Shown: positions 27,472 through 41,519 of the stretch, piece by piece
Numbering within the stretch: the stretch's first letter is position 1
Layout of the letters: every line of letters begins with the position of its first letter
Assembly (NCBI GenBank): GCA_015680685.1
Contig: MNCI01002704.1
Span: 413,622-477,621, forward strand
DNA length: 64,000 nucleotides
From: Gnetum montanum
Lineage: Eukaryota; Plantae; Gnetophyta
Direction of reading: 5' to 3'
Program-made: the position numbers and the translations under genes
Notes under the pieces: model-generated
The model's database searches: none
Told to the model about the DNA's origin: nothing
Seen by the model: only the letters and a program-made list of their open reading frames with translations

Positions 27472-30400
27472 CTATGACTTTAGATAGGAATGATTGACTG
27501 GATTATCTAGCTCATTCCCATTCATGTCAACTATTCTGAAGGCTCCATTCTTGTAGGCTTTGATGATAAGGAAGGATCCTTCAAGGTTAGCTAAGAATTT
27601 TTCTACATGCTTATGAATGGCCTTGAGGACTAGGTCCTCCTCCTTGATCTTGTGCATGGTCAAGTCATGGTGATGTTGTTACTTTTTCCTTTGTTGATGG
27701 TGCTCAATGTGAGAAAGCGCTTGCATACACTACTCCTCCACCGAATCCAAGGTTTCCATATGTAACTCCTTATTCTACTCATCATTAATGAGGTTGATCA
27801 AGGCTAATTTGAGTAATGGAACCTATAGCTCAATAGGTAAAAATGCTTCAAAATGATAAACAAGTTTATAAGGAGTCATGCCAATTGCCATGTGATACAC
27901 TGTTCTATATGCCCATAGTGCATGGACAAGCCACTCATGCCACTTCTGCTTGATGTTGTTGAGCATCTTCTTGAGAAACTTGATGATGGGCTTGTTGCTT
28001 GTTTCTACTTGTCCATTGTCTTGAGCATAGTAAGGTGATGAGAAAGAATACTTAATGCCTAGGTTGTGATAGAATTTCTTGGTTTCTTGGTTGCTAAATT
28101 GAGGTCCATTGTCTATAACTATGATCATGGATATCGCAAAATGAGCTACAATGGCATAAATTTGCAAACTTGTTCTGATGTGGTCTTAACCCACTTGGTA
28201 AAGTATTTGGTTGTGATGATGATGAAGTTATGTCTTGCAGAAGACTTAGGTGTTATAGGTCCAATGATATCCAATGCATATTGCTAAAATAGCCATGTTA
28301 TCTAGGTTTTATGTAACTTAGTTCATGATACATGTACCATGTTGGTATATCGCAGGCATGTGTCACATCACTTAACCTTTTGCAGGCAATCATGTTTCAT
28401 GTGGGACAAATAGTAGCCTAACTATCTAATCTTAGTGATCATGGCTTTAGGCTTTATATGTCCTATACAAATACCCTTTTGAACATCCTCTAGGACTATT
28501 TTGGCTTTGATTTTACCGAAGCACTTTAGGAGTATGCCATCATAGGATCATCAACATAATGTGTTATCACCTATGATGACATACTACTTCAATCACTTGC
28601 ATATGACGTCCTTTTGAGTAGTACTTAGGCCTTGTAACAATTCACTATGCATAAAGTAAAATTTGATATCATCATACCACTCCTTGGAAGGAGCAGTATG
28701 AACAACAACCACAACGGTATCCTCAATGTTTTGTGTAATGGAAGTAGCACAATCCACAGTTAAGATGGGAAACTTGCTAAACACAACTAGCATCACACTA
28801 AGGGCTAATGTTGCAATTTCATTAGCTATGGAATTTTTGTTTCTAGGTATTTTTTGGACATCAACATCTATGAATTATTGTAATAACTACTTCCCTAGGT
28901 CATAGCAAGGTTGTAAGTACTTAGCTTTGCATGCATAGACTTTGATTACTTGGTTAACCACAAGTTGTGAATTGCCTTTGATGGCTAGGCATCTAATTCC
29001 TAGGTCACTAGCTACCATTATTCCTTTAATCAAACCCTCATATTCTACTATGTTTTTGATACATGGAAACCCAAAATGATAGGCAAAGGATCAAATCTCA
29101 CTAGATGGGAATGTTACAATGGAAACAACACTAGCCCCATGAGTGGTTGAAGCTTCATCAAAGTTCATGACTACCTCATAACCCTTAGACACTTGGCTAA
29201 CTATGTTAATGTGTTCATTAGGGAACTCAAGATCTATGGTTGATTGGTCATCAACAGGTGAAACCATGAGTTGTACAACTATGGCTTGACCTTCTATTGA
29301 GGATTAGAGACATAATGGAGGTTAAATTCCATAGATATGGCTTTCCATCACACTATATGGCTACTTTCACAGATGTTGGTTGTTATGGCTTTGAGTATGT
29401 TCTCCTTGCAAATTACATTGACTTGGCTTCTAAAGAGATACTCCATTTATTCAAAGAGAAGACTAGTGCTAGACAATACTTCTCCACTTCAGTGCATCAG
29501 GTTTGGTAGGAAACTAATGCATGACTAAGGTAGTATACATGCATTTTTTCTTTGTCATCACGTTTTAATAGAGTAGAGAGCTAATGGATGTATCAAATAT
29601 GGTGAGATAAATGTAAAATAGTTTACCCTCTTGTGGAGGATAGAATGTTGGTAGTTGTATCAAATCTTGCTGAAGGTTTTCAAAGGCCTCTTGGCATTGA
29701 GATGTTCACTCATAGTGAACTCCTTTCTTAAGCAAGTGTTGCATGGGTTGTAACTTATCTATAAGCTTAGTGATAAACATATGAATAAATTGTAATCTAC
29801 CTTGTAAAACCTGAAGCTCTCAAGGTGGGTAGGTGTTACTAATTTGAATATGACCTTAACCTTATTAGTATCTACACATATCCTTGCTTCAAAGACTACA
29901 AAGCCAAGCATCTTACTGATGTTGATGCCAAAGACACACTTCTTAGGATTGAGGCTAAGCTCATATTTGAGGCATCGTTTAATCCCAAGATCTAGGTCAT
30001 TAACATGATCATCGACCATCTTATACTTACAACTATGTCATCTATGTAATCATTAAGCAAACCTAACATGTAATCATTGAAGACATAGGTTATGGCTCTT
30101 TGGTATGTCACTCCAGCATTCGTAAGGTCAAAGGGCATCATGGTATAACCAAAAGTACCCCATGGGGTCATAAATGTCATGCTAAGTTAGTGCTCTAGGT
30201 TTATCCTAGTTTGGTTATATCACAAGAATCCATCCACAAAGGACAACAAGGCATTTCTAGCTATAGTATCAATAAGTTGATCAATACTAGGCAAAGGGAA
30301 GTCATCCTTGATAGTTTCTTTATTTAGTTCTTGAAAATCAATACAAATATAGATACTCCTTTTTCCGTAGGGACTACCACTATGTTGAATACCCATTCTA

Positions 30401-30952
30401 CATAATCTACAACCCTTATGAAACCTACTTGGTAGAGCTTCAAGATTTCATTGCTAACTACCAAGGCCAAATTAGGTTTAATCTTTTGCACTTTTTGCTT
30501 AACTGGTCTAATGCTAGGGTCTAGTATGATGTTGTGTTGGACTAGATGTGGATCTAGGCTTGGAATATCTTCATCTGACTAGGCAAATACTTTAATGTTG
30601 TTTTCTAAGATCTTGGTGATGTCTTGAGCACTTTGAGGCTCTAGTGAAGAACTTAGTTTAAGGGTTTTCTCCTCACCACTGTGTGTTATGACAAGAACCT
30701 CAACTAGAGACTCTTTAGTTATGTCTCTTGATTCTAAATTAAGGGTTTTGACTAGGGTTTCATGCCATTCTAGAGGTTTCCCTATTAAGGCTATGTGGTC
30801 TACAAGACTCTTAGGCTCAAGATCTAGATAATTAGGGTCAATACACTATTTAATATCACCGTGAGGTCCATGTAGACACAAAGGCAAACCAGTTGTTTCC
30901 AAGTTCTCATACTTTGATCCTGCATGTCAACCAAAAGCATATTAAGTGAAAC
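27472..30952 (-). pseudogene. pol: RT-RNaseH-aRNaseH-integrase remnant of element A
   Basis: TPWGTFGYTMMPFDLTNAGVTYQR...YIDD (29992-30180). LNPKKCVFG (29759-30019). aRH FDEAS...EYEGLI.G...GNSQLVV (~28950-29170). Integrase DNGPQF...SSPYYAQDNGQVE...LWAYRT (27823-28167). Confidence 0.92.
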
Positions 30953-33250
30953 CTAGGTAAAAGTAAATAAATAATGTTAAAATGCCATAAAACACATGTA
31001 AATCTAATGCAATCAAGGCCTTCCAAGATCATCAATGAGATAAGGCCAATTCAACAAAGTGCAATAGAGGCAAACAAAGATCAAGTGAAGGTCTAACTAG
31101 GGAAAACATAAGAAATAAGACTACAAATGTTTAATAAAGGTTACAATGTTGCTAGTTTTAGGCCTTAGCAAGCCTTGATGCTAGTTTAGAGTCTTGGTAG
31201 ACTATGATGCCAATTTATGATCTTAGTGGGCCATGGTCATATGGTGTCAAATGTTGTTAAGGGAAGGTCAAAATCCACTAGTTGATATCATTTAAGGGCC
31301 AAAAAATGATAATAAGATTTTGTAAAGGCTATAGAAGGACAACCAAGTCATCAAGGCAACATAACTCCAAAAACAAGCCAAAAAATTACGTAGTAAGATA
31401 AAAATCAAGCAAAATAGGCTATATATGATAAAATTTGGCTAATATACATAAAAAATGATTAGGTTTTACTAGTTTTAGGCCTTAGTGGACCATTATTTGA
31501 GGCTAGAAGGCTATTAGGTGAGTTCATGCATCAATTAGGGTTATTTCTAGGCTAATTCTACAAGTTGTTGACTTCAGGCATGTTCAAAGGCTATTTAAGG
31601 GCTCTTAATGTCTTTCCATTGTTTTCACACTGAGAGAGTTACTTCAGCATAGAATAATGGGAGGAATGAATTTTGGAGTTTGAAATAAGGTCAAATAAGA
31701 AAAATCTTAAGGCTACAAGGTCCTAGGCTTCCTCGACATAGATCTTTGACTTCTGGGAGTTCCATCTTGCCACAAGAAGTGGAAAAGTAGATTTTCCCCC
31801 TTGTTTCCATGCTATGGGGATTACTTTAGTTTGGAAGAAGGAATAATCATAGATCTATATTGATTCAAGTCACCATCAACCATGCATGTTATCTTCTGGA
31901 GTTGCCAAGGTCAATGGCTATGCCGTAGTGGTTTTTCTTTGAATTCCCCCCACCTTTCCATCTTGGTAATGGAGATCTTAGCATGAAAAACTATCCTAAA
32001 ACATTTTTTGGCTATTTGGAATTAGTCTTGTAAAGCATAAGGGCTCCAATGGCTATTGTCAGGGTTCTAGAGTGCATGAAAGATCATTTAATGTCATTCT
32101 AAGGTGTTTTGGAGCTCTAAACAAGTCATCCCTCAAGTTTCCATGTTGTGGATACTATCCTTAGCATGGAAAAAGGGATCCCTAATGAGAAAGAATCATG
32201 CAAGTTAGATCTAGGCCAAATTTGACCTCAATTGACTATGCATGTTAGCCTCTGGGGCTACCAGGGTCAAGGACTAGGGTTTGGTGTTAAATTTTGGTTA
32301 TTTTGGGTATTTCCAAGAATTATTTTTGGCTTTTCCCCTTTTTTCCACATTGGTACTTGAATTCTTAGAGTGAAAAACTAGGGGGAATCACTTTCTTGAA
32401 GTTTGAAATTTGACATCAATTTCTTGAAGTTTGAAGGCTCCAAATGATGTCGGCAGGGTCCTATAGCACATGCAAGTTTAGTTGATGTTATTTTGAGATA
32501 GTTATGGACTCCAAATAGGTCATCCCATTAATTTCCACAATGAGCAGCATGGAGAAGAAATTCCTAGCATGGAGACATCATAAAACTCATATCACACCCA
32601 ATTTTAACTTCAATTGACCATGCATGTTAACCTTTAGGGATGTTGAGGTTGAACACTAGTGTTTGGAGTCAAAACTAGTTAATTTATAGGTTTTCCAAGT
32701 GGTTTTTGAGCTTTCCCCTCTTTTTACATGTTGGAAATTGTATGCCCAATGTGGAAAATTTTTGGGAAATATATTTTTATTCCTTTGCATCAGTTTTTAT
32801 CCTGCATGTAGGTCCCTAAGGTTACTAGTCATGATGGTCAATGCCTAGTGTCAAAATTTTTCTATTTTGAAGGTTGATGAGTGTTTTTTTACACTTTCCA
32901 AAATTTCTCTACACTAGGGCTTCCATGATTAACTTGGAGAATTGGGGGGAAATCTTTTTAACCATTTGTAATCACTTTTGGTCATGCATGTAGGCTTTTA
33001 AGGTTGTTGCTATTGACCGCCANTGTTTTGGAGGTTGTGAGATGATTTTCAGGCTTCCCCAATTTTTTCCATGCTAAGGGTGGAAGCTTAGCATGGAAAA
33101 GGTCTCCCTTAGTAAAGAAAGTTAGATCTAGGCCAAATCAACAATCGATTAACCATGCATGTTAACCTTCCTGGTTTTCAATATCGATGGTCAATGTTAG
33201 GTGTCAAGATTCAATAGTTTGGAGGTTTTTAAGTGCCTCATGCAATCTCT

Positions 33251-33264
33251 NNNNNNNNNNNNNN
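33251..33264. other. assembly gap
   Basis: Run of N. Confidence 1.
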
Positions 33265-34161
33265 CCCCCACCTTTCTTCCACATTGGACATGGTGGCCCT
33301 AGCATGGATGAGAGGGGGATGATCATTTTATGTCATATTTAACCACTTTTGGCACTTTTAGAACCTCCAAATGGATTCAACAGGGTTTAGGGATCACCAG
33401 GCATTAAGAAATGGTTATTAGGTCATTAATTGAGAATAATTTCATCTTTTTCCACCTATCCATATTGACGGTGAGATGTCTCAGTGTTAAAGAAGCTTCC
33501 TCTAGCATGGAAAACACTAAATCCCAAATTTCAACTAGTTTTGACTAGCTTTGGTGGGCTTCCAAGGCTGTTGGAGATGCTTTGAGGCATTCTAGATCAT
33601 GTGGGGCCCATCTTATAGTCAACCTTGTGCTAGATGGGTGTTGGAGGATAAGAGTGGGTGTTACTCTCCTTTTTCCATGCTAGGCACTGTTGCCCCATCA
33701 TGGAATCCCATGGTGTCTAGCTTTGTTCATGTCTTACCCACGTTTGAAAATCCAAGGTTGAAAAAGAGAGGTTTGGGTTAACAAAAATAGAAAAATATTT
33801 GTAATTCTAATGATTTTGCAAAATAATATGCATGTTTCCATGCTTGGCATGGAATTCCTAGAGTGGATTCATGGGGTTAAGGTTGCTATAAGGTCGATGA
33901 ATGTTCTCAAGAGTTAGAAGAAGTACCTAAGCACATCTTCATCCACGATTCTTCTGTTGCTACTCCAAGGTAGGCATTTCTACATATTTTTGCCTTTTTT
34001 CTAATTTTTTCAAGTTTTTTTTTCCATGTGTTAGGATCATCTTTTTCTAGATATACTCTAGCGGAGAGATTAAAACGGAGTTCTAATCAAATCCCACCTC
34101 CTATTTTAGCCATTTCCAAATGGATCCATGATCATTTCATTGTTTTAGCTTTTGTAGATTC

Positions 34162-34535
34162 AATTTTGAAAATAGGGCTTGCTTTTTAATGCATTTTTTC
34201 CAAAATGGAATGACCATTTTTTTCAAATCTAGGCCTCTTGATTTGCTAAAATTATATTTTAACAAAATCCTACCCCATTATTTTAGTGTGAATTTTAATG
34301 GGAATTAATGATTTTGGCTATTTCAACTATTTCCATGGCTATATGAAATTTTGAAAATAGGGCTTGCTTTTTAATGCATTTTTTCCAAAATGGTATGACC
34401 ATTTTTTCAAATCTAGGCCTCTTGATTTGCTAAATTTATATTTTAACAAAATCATACCCCATTATTTTAGCGTGAATTTTAATGGTAGTTAATGATTTTG
34501 GCTATTTCAACTATTTCCATGGCTATATGAAATTT
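34162..34535. repeat. near-perfect tandem duplication, ~185-bp unit x2
   Basis: ttttgaaaatagggcttgctttttaatgc...ccatggctatatgaaattt occurs at ~34164 and ~34349. Confidence 0.95.
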
Positions 34536-35474
34536 AGGCTTTGAGGTTTTTGAAACTTTGATATAAAAAAGCAATCAAAGTTATATATTTTTTTGGTACA
34601 ACAGTTGTACTTTTATAAAATTTCAATTCATAGGTTTGTAGCTCTTTGTTTAAGATTTCCAATGATTATCATCTTGTTTAATTTGACCTTGAAATAAAGA
34701 AGTTAAGCTTGTTTTCTTTACGTTGCTTAGTTAAGTTGTTTGTGCCACTTTTGTAATTTCATGAAGTTTTGCAAATTTTTATAAGGAAACAGAATATGTT
34801 ATGGATAGTTTTTGGTTATGGTTTAGTATGCTTTGGCTTTATATTTTCAATGGAGGTAGAATCACTTCAATTGGACTTAAAAAAAATTCTACAAATTTTT
34901 TACTAAACATGTGTAATAAGGATGTTTGTGTTGTTTTCAAATTATTTTCTAAATTAAAATAAATTTCCTTCATAAATGGAAAAGGATTTGAATTTTTATT
35001 AAGAATGGATGTGTAGGGATAAATTTAATCTTTCAAACAGTGATGGAATCACTTTTTTTGGAGATCAAACAAATTTTTGGCAAATTTTTTACCAACCTTG
35101 CATGAAAGGGATAAAGTTTGACAGCCATGGTTTTGGCTAAATTATTTCATGTTTTATGGATATATGGATATACTTTTTTGATTTTTAATGGCCATGGCTT
35201 TAAGGTTCATAATTTCAAGATTCTTTTCATGGTGGAATCACTAAAATTGGTGTACATTACCCATTTGATGAATTTTTGATGAATTTTTTGGCTATGGCTA
35301 TGTGAACAAGGTAAAAGCATGGTTATAGTACATTACCCATTTGGAAATGGAAGTGGTTGATATGTATAACTTATGTTTTTCTTTTGTGAAAATGTAAAAC
35401 TAATGCTTAATTTTGCTTTTCTAAGTAGAGTAAAATCTTTTTGTATTTTAAATAAGCTTTTACTATGGCTACAT

Positions 35475-36150
35475 GGTTTTTTTCTAAGTTTTTGATGCTT
35501 TTTCTAAATTTGTGCATAGTTTAGATGCTTTTTCCAAATTTATGCATGCTCTACATAATTTAGATGTTTTTTCTAAATTTATGCATAACTTGCATGTCTT
35601 TTCCAAACTTACGCATAATTTATATGCTTTTTCTAAATTTATGCATAATTTAATTTAAGATAGTTTTGGCCTATAAAATTTTAGCTATAAAGGCTATAAA
35701 ATATGGTAACAATGTTTTTATGGAATATCTTAAACTAATTTAGATAAACAGCTAAGAGCTCTTTATAGAGGTTGATTTTACCTTTGACTTAGGAAGTTTT
35801 TCCTAAATTTGTTAAGAAATTCCAATTGGTTATGATGCAAGGTTATCCAAGGTTGTAATAATTTTTTTTTTGTGGAATTACTTAGACTAATTTAGAAAAA
35901 ACACCTTAGAGCTTTTTATAGAGGCTAATTTCACCTCCAACTAGATGGTTTGTCTAAATTTGCTAAGTAGCTCTAAAAGGTCATAACGTTTCTACTTTGA
36001 AAGGTTATAATAATGCCATTTTTTGGTGGAATTTCTTAAGCTAATTTAGATAAACACCTTAGAGATTTTTACAAAGGTTAATTTTAGCTTCAACTAGTAT
36101 GTTTTTTCTATGTTTGTTAAGAAATTCTGATAGGTGATAATATTCTTTTT
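35475..36150. repeat. tandem arrays: ~30-bp unit (tgctttttctaaatttatgcat..) then ~153-bp unit x3
   Basis: Repeated tttttctaaatttatgcat at 35475-35650; ctaatttaga(t/a)aaaca at ~35735, ~35887 and ~36042. Confidence 0.8.
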
Positions 36151-36849
36151 TGAGTTGTAATTTTCGCTATGGGTTACTAACTAGCTATGTATTGTTGTAT
36201 TTCAAGCCTCAAGACACATTGGCAACCCCAATGATGAGGGTGGGAATGACCCACCACTTCCTCCTTTGGTTGCCACTCAGCAGCCTCGTTTAGTTTAGCT
36301 TGTTGGCTATTTGTTTTTGTTTCTATGTTGATGGCTATAGTTCACCAAGACTATGTTATGGATGGTTGTTATTATTTGACATTCTTGCTACATATTGTGG
36401 CCATGGCTATGTATGTTATGGACATTCTAACTTTAAACTAAAATTTTGATCTTATTTTTTGACTATGTGCATCTATAGTAGTAGTAAACATTGAAAATGG
36501 TTATGTTGAAATTTTTGGTTTTAACATTTAATCAATGTTAAACAAAAGGAGATATAATAATAAAAGGAACGTTTTCTAGTTTTAGGCCATCACAAGCACA
36601 GGTTATATTGTTTTGCCAATTTAAGGCCATGGTAGGTCATATCGCCAATTTAGAGTCTTAGCAAATTATAATGCCAGTTTAATGTCTTATTTGACATAGT
36701 GTCAGTTTAACATCTTAGTAGACATGTATTTATAAGGATTTTTTGATCATAAGAAGGGCCATAGTAAATAGGAAAAAATGCAAACAAACTTAGGCTACAT
36801 GCATAAAATGTCAAATATACAATAAAATGCAAAATAAAAGTAAGGCTAC

Positions 36850-39800
36850 TTGTCTATCAATGCATTTAGTCCTAAGGGCATGGGAAGGTCAAGGTGAACT
36901 TCACTTGTACAGATTCTCCTAATCTTTGCAAGATTAGGGAGTGAGTAAGGCCTACTCTACATAAGCTTGTATTCACCATCCCCTTCACTTACAATGTTAA
37001 AAGGGAGTTCATTCCATAATGTATCCCATTACCTATTGTTGTCATCCTTGGTTGTCTTGGGTTTTTTCTCTTCATGGCTAGAAGATTCTTCTTGAAGCTC
37101 CAATTCATACCCCTATCCTATGTCTATGTTGTTGAAAACTAGGGGAACCATGTTATCACCATGAATGATGATTTCACCTCCCTCATAAGAAAGATGAATT
37201 TCTTGATGGATGGATGAGGACATAGCTCATAACTGAGCCAACCAAGGTCTTCCTAGGATTAGGTTGAATATTGGTGTCTCTTCTACCACCAAGAAGTTGG
37301 TGGTTGTAGGGAATTATTCTCTAGCTACAAAATCCAAGGCGATAGACCCCTTGATGGTAACTCCTAATCCATTGAAGGTCTTAAGAGCTATAGTGGTTGT
37401 AGGTTGTACTTGCTTAGTTAAGCCTAAACATTCAATGATATTGCATGGGATGAATTTCATTGTAGCTCCATTATCAACATGCACCTGATGTATTTTAAAT
37501 TATCCTATATGTATGGTTATGAATAAATGGGTTGTAGTCACCTGGCCATTCTAGGGATTAACTTTAATTTCATATCATGAAATGTTAAGGCTGTTGACTT
37601 CTCCTCCCCTAGTGAGGGAGGAATCATCACTACATGGATAACTTTCTCATTAGCAAGAATATCCTCACTAATAGGTATAGAGGTTAACATTTTGACTAGC
37701 ACCTCATGATTTGTGCTAGAAGTCATGATTAGGTCATACAGGCTTAGGGTTGTTTTTTTCTATTTGAGGGATTGCCTGACTTGGTCCATTGCACTAAGGA
37801 AGTTTTTATTGTTGGTCATGGGCTTCTCACCATAGTTGTGCTTTACTTCCTCCATGCATCCCAAAATGTAGAATTCAACTTTAGGCTTTGGCTATTGTGG
37901 CTCTTCCTTGTTGTTTTGGTTGTGGTCTTTGGTTTCCTCTTGTTGCTTATTGGTTTAAGGGGTTAGGGTAGAGGAGGTCATGGGTATAGCTGAAATGGAA
38001 GTGGTCTTTGGTGGACCTACTTCCTCTCATACCTTTGTATGCTTGTCTCCCTTGTTATCAAGCTTTTACTCATGCTTCTTCCTTTGTTTGGTTATAGATT
38101 TTTGGTTATCGGCCATTGGTTGTAAGAAAGAGGTAGTAGCATTGGCCACCATAGGGGGTCATTGTATAGTTGGTTGGGCTAAGGCTTTTTGGGTTGTATT
38201 GGATTGGGAGACCTTGATGAGAAAAGGTTTCCTTGGATGCATTCATGATGGTACTCTCATAACAAAGGGCGATATTGAGGTATGGGAATCCAAAGAAGCC
38301 CTTTCATTGTAGAGGAATACTTGAACCATAAATGGTTCTCTTGCAGGTATCTAATTGTCATCAATGTTGAATGTTGAAATAACATATGGACTATCATTAG
38401 CATTCAATGGATCTTTGTAGACTTGCATTGACTAGTTTTGTGACCAAACTAGGTTAGAAGCATCTAAGACTAGTTTTCCACTATCTATCAGCCTTTGCAG
38501 GTCATCCTTCAATGTAAGGCAGAAGTTTGTATCATGACTAGGAAATTGATGATTATGGCAAAAGCAATCTAGCTTGAAGTATCTAGGTAACTAGGGATCA
38601 TCCTTCATTGCCCAATTGGGATCTCTAGCTATTTCACATAGTCTCTCATGTTTCTTTTGAGTGGCTTCAGTCATTTTTTTGTGTTGCATGCACCCACTTA
38701 TTAATACTTTATCTAGTAACTCAGATGGTTTTAATGGTAACATAGTGTATTTAGACTTGTCCTTCCTTTTGAAGTTAGGCCTATTTGTTGTCGATGCAGT
38801 GGTCCTAGAAGTTGATGGTTGGTTATTATGGTTATTGGTGGGGGCCTTGGGTAGATTGACCTTCAACCCTTGTTTCATGATTTTTTTTCCTTGGTTATAG
38901 TTGCTATAGTAGTGTTGTTTTGTTTGCTCTTTTCTTTTTCTCTTCAACCATGTTGGTTTTTATATGCTATATAGGCTAGATTATGACTAGCATTTATGGT
39001 ATCCTCTATATTTTTAGTTTGTAAGAATGATTGGCTAAGAGACCATAGGTCAAGGTAGTAGAGTTTGGAATTGATGAAGTTATTAACTACTCTCTTGAAT
39101 ATGGCTAACAAGTGGGCTTCAGTTATGGGCTTTGGTATTTCATTCAATAGTCTATTTAACCATTGAATGAACTTCTGTATGGGTTCTAACGTCCCCTGCT
39201 AGACCTTCATGAGTTGGTCAAGCATTGTATCAACCTTCAAGTTATACTTGATGTGGTTGACAAACTAGGCTACTAAGTCCTCCAAAGAGGATATGGATCC
39301 TCTCGGCAATGCATAATACTAATCAAATGCTTTCCTAGTTAAAGACATAGGAAAAACTCTCATGATGATATGAGGCTATGGCTACAAGAGTAAACATTTT
39401 GATCAAAAGGTAATAAGATGAGCATTAGGATTACCTTCTCCATTATATTTGCTAAATTGGGGAATGGGGGCACTAGGAGGAAGTGTTAAGGGTGGGACTA
39501 CAAAACTTATGGGATCATCTTGGTAGAAGTCCATAATCTTGATAGTTTTTATGGTAGAGGCTTAAAGCCTCTTCAACTCCTTCATTAGTCTTGGATCATG
39601 TGGAAGGTTTGATCCAAGCTTTGCAGTGGTCACATAGGTTTTGAGGTTTGTACATAAGGTTGTGGTGTCTATTGTGAGGCTTGCAGCCTTGTCATGGATT
39701 GCATGATAGAAGGAAGAGGTTGTGTTATGGTTGTGGCTTGTGGGCCAAACAAAGAAAAAGATGTTTTTGCTAGTACTTGAGGCTCAAATGAGACAAATGG

Positions 39801-40330
39801 GGTGTGTGACCCTTGTGTTTCTTGGGATCCCATGGTGGATCTTGTGTGAGTAGTTAATAGATTTTTGATGGTAAAAACCACCGTTGATGATTTTATATAT
39901 TGAGACTATGTTGTAAATGACATTGATTTGCTATAGTTAGTTGTTTGTGGTATTGGCTAAGTGTGATGTGTGGCTATAACTGATGTGGGATTTACTATAG
40001 TAGGGTAGGAAGGAGTGGAAGGTGGTGGCACCATGCTCATAGAGAAAAAAAAGCATTAGAGGAAGGTGCTATGACTTTGGGGGATGTTTGTTAGAACAAT
40101 CATTCCAAGATGCTTTTAGGCTTGAATTCTACCTTAAATTCATCCTCTTCTTCATGTTGTTCCTCAAAGCTAGGCTTGTCATCTTCCTCTTCCATGACAA
40201 TCAATTAGGTTTGGATGCTAGAATAGATGTCATTAAGGGAAATTTGGTCATACAGGGAAGGGATGTACTTTTTTCCACCCTTATGTATGAGCTCAAACTC
40301 CCTTTTTTCCTTAACTTCAATTCATGGAAT
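36850..40330 (-). pseudogene. gag: gag-protease remnant of element A
   Basis: Minus-strand gag with KYNGEGNPNAHL (~39420-39455), a Cys/His knuckle (~38520-38570), and protease VHVDNGAT (~37460-37485) and FNLILGRPWL (~37240-37270). Confidence 0.85.
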
Positions 40331-41494
40331 TAGCATACCTTCTTGTATTTTAGTACAAATGAAGTTATAACAATCTTTATTTATGGCTACAAAATTAGGA
40401 CTCTCCCCTTTGACCTTCAAAGATCACTTACACTCAATGATGGATGGGTCTTTGGAATCAGACATCCTCATGGCTTACTGGCTATGATCTTCGCTAGTGA
40501 GGGTGAAGGGTAATTTGGTGGACTTTTGGAAAAANCTCTAGTTAATGGAATTCAAAAATTCTTAAACAAAATGAAAATGACAAAAAATAATGTACTTACT
40601 ATAATTAGTAAGTTGGGGATAAGGGGGGTTTACCCCTTTACTAGAAATNAGTTTCCAAAGATGGTTTTGGTAGGCTGCTAAATTTTACCACAAAAGAGAG
40701 AAAAGTAGGCTTGCTTGGTATGGAAACCAACATTAGTTTAGTGGCAAAAAATGTGGGGCAAAAATTAAATGGTTATTAGGGCTTCCATGCTAGCTTTGCT
40801 CTAGAAATTCACAACAGATGTAAAAGTTTAGCACCCAAACCACCTACAGCTTCCACGCTGAGGTTTCTACTACAGGGAGGTATAGATAGCATTGGATTCC
40901 TTGGGAGTTTTGGCTTCAAAAAACTAGAAAATGGCTTTCAACTTATAACAAAAGTAGGTCTGATCATTAAATTGGTAGCCAACCTCACTAACGTTGGCCT
41001 CCCAACTGCTTCCATGGTAGGTATGGAAAAGGGGAGGAAAGAAGGCAGGGTAAGATGATGGGAATCTCACACCTCCTACCTCAATGTTGATGAAAGGAAG
41101 GCTGAAAGCCAAAGTGAAAAGTTGGTGCTTTTTAACTAAAACTAGTTTTAGCTAGCTGTAAATTTTCTCAACTTGGGAAAGTCAAGAGAAAGCCAACTCA
41201 TGGAAGAGTTAAACCACCCACATTTAGAAACTAGTGGAAAAACATTTTTGGCAATAAAAAGCAAAAAATAATAGGGGGGAAAAGATATCAATGTTAGCTT
41301 TGGGCTATAAAATTTACAACAAATGTTATAGAAAGCTAAAGCCCAACCACCTACAACTTCCATGCTATAGTTTTGGTCACAAGGGAGGGGAAAGATTAGC
41401 ATTGATTCTTCAAAGGTTTTGGCTACAAAAATCAAGGAAAATATTGCAAATGGTAACAAAAAGAATAGATCTTATCATAGAATTTAGGAAAAGG

Positions 41495-41511
41495 CCCTCC
41501 TTCTAGTGCCA
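41495..41511 (-). promoter_or_regulatory. primer binding site, tRNA-Asn type
   Basis: Minus strand tggcactagaaggaggg is complementary to the plant tRNA-Asn 3' end (...CCCTCCTTCTAGCGCCA) with one CpG transition. Confidence 0.8.
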
Positions 41512-41519
41512 AGAAAACC

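Noticed and set aside
35475-35650. CRISPR-like repeat array
   Set aside because: Degenerate head-to-tail repeats without unique spacers, in a eukaryotic context with no cas genes.
41495-41511. tRNA gene
   Set aside because: Only the 17-nt 3' end matches, beside an LTR. It is a PBS with no cloverleaf.
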